DNA from: Candidatus Omnitrophota bacterium
GTDB taxonomy: Bacteria; Omnitrophota; Gorgyraeia; 2-01-FULL-45-10
DNA: 64,000 bases
Direction: 5' to 3'
Assembly: GCA_028699255.1 (NCBI GenBank)
Contig: JAQVUX010000003.1
Coordinates: forward strand, 18,654-82,653
How positions within the stretch are numbered: position 1 is the stretch's first letter; each line of letters starts with the position of its first letter. Position numbers and translations under genes: made by a program. This document shows, piece after piece, positions 58,914 to 64,000 of this stretch. Below the pieces are notes generated by a model, which did not search any database, had not been told where the DNA came from, and saw only the letters and a program-made list of their open reading frames with translations.

Positions 58914-60213
58914 GTTTAAAAACGAATTACTGGATAGTAAAACGGTTTCTGTTTGGGGTATAGGGTATCTCGGATATACCAAGGCGATGCGGCTTTTATC
59001 GAAAGGGTTTAAGGTCAACATATTCGATCCTACGAACGCTTCGATCGGAAATAATTTTAAAAAGAATATATACCCCGGTAAACAGCAGGTCTATTCATGG
59101 ACGGAGAACGGTCATATACCGCCCATAGATATGTCTAATGTAAATATCGCCAATAGCGACACGATATTTAACGCAAAGATACATATCATTGCGCTTCCCA
59201 CTGCGGACAGGGAAGGCAACAGCCTGCTTAAAGAATTAGCGGGGATATTTAAAAAACATAAGAAACGCCTGAAAGACGCGTTGGTAATATTCGAATCGGC
59301 CGGGATGCCCGGAAGTATCGATAAAAATTTTATCGGCATACTTCATGCGCATAAGATCAGGTGCAGTTTTGTTTCCGCTTTCAGGAGCGACTGGACCCTG
59401 GAAGAATTCATGTCCCGGAACAGAAAACGTGTCCTGGCGGCAAACGACAAAGAATCTCTGGAAAAAGCCAAAGCCCTCTATGATGCCCTGGGCATCAGGT
59501 ACAAAACGCTGTCTTCCATAAAAGAGGCTGAGATATATGAGAACGCGAAGAATGGATTCCAGTTCATTGCCTCGATGTTCATAAACCAGCTGGCATTCGC
59601 CTATCCCGATACCAATATAAGGGAGATGACAAAGTATCTTTTAAACGACGTTGAGCTGAATGAATCGCATCTCAGTATAGGCGCGCTCGGATACAAGATG
59701 TTGTCGTCGGTGCAGAATATAATAGGGGGGAGCGCTAACCCGAACTTCCTTTCGCTTTTGAAGACGGCCGAAGACAGCAACATGAGCATGATATTGACCT
59801 ATGCCGATATCATAAAAAATATGGGATGCAGGAGCGTTTTATTGATGGGCCTTTCCATAAAAGGCAACCAGAAGAATATCGAGCTTTCGCCCTCAGTCGT
59901 ACTCGCGGAGTATTTTAACAGATTAGGCATAAAGGTTTATATAGACGATCCTTTTTACGATAAGGCGGCGCTATCCCGGATACTTCCGTTTAGCAGGAAC
60001 GCGGATATCCTTAAAAAGATGCCGAAGATCGACGCCTTTTTTGTCATGACGGGCCATAACAAATATAAACGTATTACCCAGGCTGACATAAAGCGCTCAC
60101 CTATTTATAACGCATCGATAATAATCGACAATGTTCCGATATTTAAAGAATTTAAATTTTCGGATTCTACGCTTTATCACGCGATCGGTGACGGTAAACT
60201 GAAAGCATTATAA
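58906..60213 (+). CDS. Divergent UDP-glucose/GDP-mannose dehydrogenase-family protein lacking the catalytic Cys
   Basis: Rossmann VSVWGIGYLGYTKAM, central AEIYENAKNGFQFIASMFINQLAF and C-terminal LLMGLSIKGNQ...IKVYIDDPF blocks align to Ugd; position of GFGGSCFPKD is ALGYKMLSSV. Confidence 0.5.
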   Translation: MDKFKNELLDSKTVSVWGIGYLGYTKAMRLLSKGFKVNIFDPTNASIGNNFKKNIYPGKQQVYSWTENGHIPPIDMSNVNIANSDTIFNAKIHIIALPTADREGNSLLKELAGIFKKHKKRLKDALVIFESAGMPGSIDKNFIGILHAHKIRCSFVSAFRSDWTLEEFMSRNRKRVLAANDKESLEKAKALYDALGIRYKTLSSIKEAEIYENAKNGFQFIASMFINQLAFAYPDTNIREMTKYLLNDVELNESHLSIGALGYKMLSSVQNIIGGSANPNFLSLLKTAEDSNMSMILTYADIIKNMGCRSVLLMGLSIKGNQKNIELSPSVVLAEYFNRLGIKVYIDDPFYDKAALSRILPFSRNADILKKMPKIDAFFVMTGHNKYKRITQADIKRSPIYNASIIIDNVPIFKEFKFSDSTLYHAIGDGKLKAL

Positions 60214-60214
60214 A

Positions 60215-61879
60215 ATGTGCGGAATAGCAGGATTTATATCGGAAAACAGAAGTTTTGATTCGGAGAAGCTGGTATCCGGGATGTTGGATCTCATCCGGTA
60301 CCGCGGTCCGGATCAAAAAGACGTCAAGGTTTATGACGGCGTCGCTCTCGGCATGGCCAGGCTTAGTATCATTGATCGGGAGAAACATGCGATCCCATAT
60401 GAGGATTCGACCGGTAATTACGCCATAGTATATAACGGCGAAATCTACAACCACGGTGATATACGGAAGCGCTTGGTAAAAAAATATGCTTTTAAGACCG
60501 CCTCCGACGCGGAAACAGTTCTTTATAATTATATCGAGAACGGACCGGCGTCTTTTAAAGAATATAACGGGATGTACGCGTTCGCTTTATACGATGATAT
60601 CAAAAAAAAGGTATTTATCGTGCGTGATAAGGCTGGCGAGAAACCGCTTTTCTATACGGAAGGCAAAGATTTTATAGCATTCGCCAGCGAAATGAAGTGC
60701 CTGCTTGAATTGGTCGAGCCCGAATTTAACAAGGAAGCCATTTCGTACAAGACATATGAGTTTACGGTCGGTAAAGAGACCCTTTTCAAAAACATATATT
60801 CTCTGGGCCCCGGCGAATACATGGAGATTTGCGGCGGCAAATTAACCAGGCGCGATTACTGGAAGGCGTGGGATAACCTGATAGAAATGAAAGATAACGA
60901 AAAGACCGTTTTAAGCAAACTGTCGGATCTTATCGAAGACGCGGTTCTCCTGAGGACCGGAAACAGCGTTCATGGTTACGGTTGTTTTGTAAGCGGCGGC
61001 GTGGATAGCGCGCTCGTTGCCTGTATAGCCAAGCCTGCGCGCCTGTATACGGTTCATTATGATTACGATGACTTCAATGAGCTTGAGTATGCCCAGCTTG
61101 TGGCAAAAAAGTTGAAAAAGAAACTGACGATAGTAAGGCCGAACAAGAAAGATTTTCTACGTACAAGGGATAAAATAGCATATCACCTCGATACTCCGTC
61201 GATATGGACTACATTCTCTTTGTGGATGCTCCTCGAGAGGGCGCATAAAGACGTAAAGGTGGTGCTTACCGGTGACGGCGCGGATGAGATGTTTTCGGGG
61301 TATCACAGATATTTTCTTCTGTATCACGACGAGCAGATACATAAACTGGAGGCCATGGAAAAATATACATACCTGATCGACAGATACTACGGCAGTCCCG
61401 TTGAAAGATACGCGAAGCTAATAAACAGGTGTGAGAATAAGTTCGATGAAGAGGTAAATAAATATCTGAATAAAAGTGTAGGGTTTTATTTTGACAAGAT
61501 AAATAATGATGTGATGCATTCGATGGGGCTTAATGATTTTTATACTACGATGCAGGTGCTCCTCCAGATGTATGACAGGACCTGCATGGCGTTCAGCGTG
61601 GAGAACAGGTCTCCTTTCCTTGACCATCGGCTTATCCAGTTCGCTTTTTCAATGCCGTCGAAATATAAAATACACAACGGTGTGACAAAATGGGCTATCA
61701 AGGAAGTGGCGAAGAAATTTATTCCCGAAGCGATCGTGAACAGGGTCGATAAGCGCGGGTTCTCGGCGCCGGTGAATAAATGGTTCGAGTGGGATAAGAA
61801 CGGAAAATATAACAGGACGGCGTATAAAAATATGGTATTTGAGGACTGGAAAAAGGTTTTTTCGGTAAAGGGAGCTTAG
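60215..61879 (+). CDS. Asparagine synthase-family glutamine amidotransferase (PseA/WbpS-like candidate)
   Basis: MCGIAGFI N-terminus, SGGVDSA PP-loop, 554 aa; adjacent to NeuB-like gene. Confidence 0.8.
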   Translation: MCGIAGFISENRSFDSEKLVSGMLDLIRYRGPDQKDVKVYDGVALGMARLSIIDREKHAIPYEDSTGNYAIVYNGEIYNHGDIRKRLVKKYAFKTASDAETVLYNYIENGPASFKEYNGMYAFALYDDIKKKVFIVRDKAGEKPLFYTEGKDFIAFASEMKCLLELVEPEFNKEAISYKTYEFTVGKETLFKNIYSLGPGEYMEICGGKLTRRDYWKAWDNLIEMKDNEKTVLSKLSDLIEDAVLLRTGNSVHGYGCFVSGGVDSALVACIAKPARLYTVHYDYDDFNELEYAQLVAKKLKKKLTIVRPNKKDFLRTRDKIAYHLDTPSIWTTFSLWMLLERAHKDVKVVLTGDGADEMFSGYHRYFLLYHDEQIHKLEAMEKYTYLIDRYYGSPVERYAKLINRCENKFDEEVNKYLNKSVGFYFDKINNDVMHSMGLNDFYTTMQVLLQMYDRTCMAFSVENRSPFLDHRLIQFAFSMPSKYKIHNGVTKWAIKEVAKKFIPEAIVNRVDKRGFSAPVNKWFEWDKNGKYNRTAYKNMVFEDWKKVFSVKGA

Positions 61880-61882
61880 CCG

Positions 61883-62977
61883 ATGAGTGGGATAGCAAGG
61901 GACAAGGCCAGATATTATAGCGAACTTGAAAAGTTTGTGAAGGTCTGTAAAAAACTGAACAGATCCGGCGGAGCATATCTGGTGATTATAGCCAGTCATG
62001 AACTGTACAGGTTCCTTTATCCGTATGAACCTTATGAAGGTTTTCATAACAGGATGCCCGTTAAATTCATAGCAAATAAGATAGTCGAGCTTAATGATTT
62101 TTTGGATAAAAGCTCGAGGGCCATCAAGTTTTACGATTTCGATGTTAAAAAATTCGGCGCCGGCGCTTCGCCCGATACCGGTCTGGAGAAGAAGACCTCG
62201 GACCTGTATACGTCCCTTTGGGAAAAATTCGAGCACACGGCTATTATTGAAGAAAGCAAGAAACTGATCTCCAGTCGCATACCGGGTAAGATCATCGAGA
62301 GCTGTATAAAAGGTAAGGTCGTTCTCGATATGGGGTGCGGTAGCGGCAGGTATTCCATCGCGCTCTCGCTTCTTGGCGCGAAGAAAGTTTACGCGCTCGA
62401 TCTTTTTGAACAATCTTTTGCGGCATACAGGAAAATCGCTCGCGGTAAGGGGTTGAACATCGAGTTTCGCGAAGGTAATTTCCATAATCTGCCTTATCCC
62501 GGCGACTACTTTGATTTTATTTTTTGCAACGGTACGATGCATCACTCCACCTCTATCAGGAAGAGTCTGGCGGAATTTAAAAGGGTTCTGAAGCCCGGAC
62601 ACAAGGGGTTTGTATATATTTATGCAAAAGGAGGTATTTTCTGGGATACGCGTAAGAAGATGCGCGAGATATTCAGAGAGGTACCCTCCGGGTACACCAA
62701 TGAAGTATTGAAGATAATGTTTATGCCATCGAATAGATTTATATTCGCGGATACGTGGCATGTGCCCATAGAGGAGCATACCTCCAGAAAAGACCTTGAG
62801 TGTATGTTTAAGGAGCTGGGCCTTAGATTCCGGAAGATAATATCAAAAGGCATGTTCGACCTGGACAGAGTTGCGCACAGGAGCGCCGAGGATTCAGTGA
62901 TGTGGGGAGACGGAGAACATCGTTATATACTGGAGAAGCCGGATGTACATAATAGCGGAAATCGGTATAAATCATAA
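61883..62977 (+). CDS. Class I SAM-dependent methyltransferase with ~150 aa N-terminal extension
   Basis: Motif I VLDMGCGSGRYSIAL, VLKPGHKGFVYIY. Confidence 0.65.
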   Translation: MSGIARDKARYYSELEKFVKVCKKLNRSGGAYLVIIASHELYRFLYPYEPYEGFHNRMPVKFIANKIVELNDFLDKSSRAIKFYDFDVKKFGAGASPDTGLEKKTSDLYTSLWEKFEHTAIIEESKKLISSRIPGKIIESCIKGKVVLDMGCGSGRYSIALSLLGAKKVYALDLFEQSFAAYRKIARGKGLNIEFREGNFHNLPYPGDYFDFIFCNGTMHHSTSIRKSLAEFKRVLKPGHKGFVYIYAKGGIFWDTRKKMREIFREVPSGYTNEVLKIMFMPSNRFIFADTWHVPIEEHTSRKDLECMFKELGLRFRKIISKGMFDLDRVAHRSAEDSVMWGDGEHRYILEKPDVHNSGNRYKS

Positions 62978-64000
62978 CGGCAGTTTCGAGAATTGTATTA
63001 AGATGATAGACGCCTCTGCCGATGCGGGATGCGATGCGGCGAAGTTTCAACTTTTCCGGGCGGCATCTCTTTATCCGAAGAGCGCCGGGAAGCTGGAGTG
63101 GAAGGGCCGAAGGGGTGGATACTCGTACGATATATACGGCGCGGTAAAGGGTTTCGAACTGCCCTATAGCTGGATCGACCCATTGATAGCATATTGCAAA
63201 AAAAGGAAGATAGATTTCCTTTCATCCGTCTTTGATATGAAGGATGCGGATATTCTGGCCGAAAAAGGAGTGAAACGGATAAAACTCAGCTCTTATACGG
63301 TGACGAATATACCGCTTATAGAACATTGCGCGAAAAAGCGAATGTCGATAATTTTGTCTACGGGAGGTGCCCTGCTTGGCGAGGTCGAAGAGGCCGTCGA
63401 TGCGGTGATACGACACCACGGCAGGCTTTCATTGCTCCATTGTAATATAAGTTATCCGACGGCCCCGAGGGATTGCAATCTCGGGATCATAAGCACGTTA
63501 AAAACGGCGTTTCCTGATCTGATGATCGGTTTTTCGGACCATACCGCCGGTATATCCGAAGCCGCGGTCCAATCCGTCTATGTGGGGGCGCAGATAATAG
63601 AAAAACATATTACGCTGGATAAAAAGATGGAAGGCCCGGATCATTTTTTTGCGCTGGAACCTCGCGAACTGAAGCAGATGGTTGGGGACATCAGGAAAGC
63701 ATCGGCCGATGCGGTAAAAAAATGCGGGTTCCGTATCGACAAAACATTTTACGGCAACACCGCGAAGATAGTAGGGCGCAATGAAAAATATCTAAGAGAC
63801 TTCGCTTTCATGAAGTTATTCGCAAAAAGAAGCATTAAAAAAGGCGACAGGATCAGGTGTTCGGATATTTCTATACTGCGCCCGGGTAAAAAGGCGCATG
63901 GCCTCGAACCGAAATATGTCAGTCTTTTTAAAGATTTTGTTGTTACCGCAAAGCGGGACATGAGCCCTGAAGACCCTATAACATGGAGCTCGATACTTAA
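62943..64000 (+). CDS. N-acetylneuraminate/pseudaminate/legionaminate synthase family (NeuB-like), 3'-truncated by window end
   Basis: MYIIAEIGINHNGSFENCIKMIDASADAGCDAAKFQ NeuB TIM-barrel N-terminus; later SAF-domain-like block RCSDISILRPGKKAHGL; no stop in-frame before 64000 (absent from ORF track for that reason). Confidence 0.75.
   Translation, partial: MYIIAEIGINHNGSFENCIKMIDASADAGCDAAKFQLFRAASLYPKSAGKLEWKGRRGGYSYDIYGAVKGFELPYSWIDPLIAYCKKRKIDFLSSVFDMKDADILAEKGVKRIKLSSYTVTNIPLIEHCAKKRMSIILSTGGALLGEVEEAVDAVIRHHGRLSLLHCNISYPTAPRDCNLGIISTLKTAFPDLMIGFSDHTAGISEAAVQSVYVGAQIIEKHITLDKKMEGPDHFFALEPRELKQMVGDIRKASADAVKKCGFRIDKTFYGNTAKIVGRNEKYLRDFAFMKLFAKRSIKKGDRIRCSDISILRPGKKAHGLEPKYVSLFKDFVVTAKRDMSPEDPITWSSIL

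Noticed and set aside
61649-62779. 376-aa ORF on the minus strand
   Set aside because: It lies entirely antisense to the + strand methyltransferase (clear motif I VLDMGCGSGRYS). It has no recognisable domain and would be the only minus-strand gene in 64 kb. Treated as a shadow ORF.

Overview
This 64 kb window is from a Gram-negative bacterium (an LptD-like gene and tandem GGDEF proteins are present) with about 45-50% GC. Every gene I can support lies on the + strand, and many adjacent genes overlap by 4-30 nt, which suggests long operons. The first ~10 kb is mostly housekeeping: asnB, a corrinoid-binding protein, accD, a MalK-like ABC ATPase, two membrane GAF-GGDEF diguanylate cyclases, a transaldolase and an LptD-like gene. 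From ~10.3 kb to the window end there is a very large, single-strand glycan and cell-envelope glycosylation locus. It contains sugar-nucleotide genes (Ugd, RmlABCD, a WbpA/TviB-like dehydrogenase, an epimerase, UDP-xylose synthase), four GT4, two GT2 and two paralogous GT-C membrane glycosyltransferases, a Wzx flippase and five class I methyltransferases. It also holds an unusual concentration of radical SAM enzymes: five paralogous cobalamin-binding (class B) radical SAM proteins, one of them fused to a class I methyltransferase, and three SPASM/twitch-type radical SAM proteins. The 3' part carries a dedicated acyl-ACP cassette (AcpS, FkbH-like loader, ACP, MaoC dehydratase, FabG reductase) next to a polysaccharide deacetylase and a GNAT. 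After that come a nonulosonic-acid (NeuB-like) module with a cytidylyltransferase, a DegT aminotransferase and an AsnB/PseA-like amidotransferase; this module runs off the window. My working interpretation is a previously undescribed pathway for a heavily C-/O-methylated, N-acyl-remodelled glycan that is lipid-linked or envelope-linked. No rRNA, tRNA, CRISPR, transposase or integrase is evident. Product assignments rest on motif-level reading of the translated ORFs; no database search was possible.
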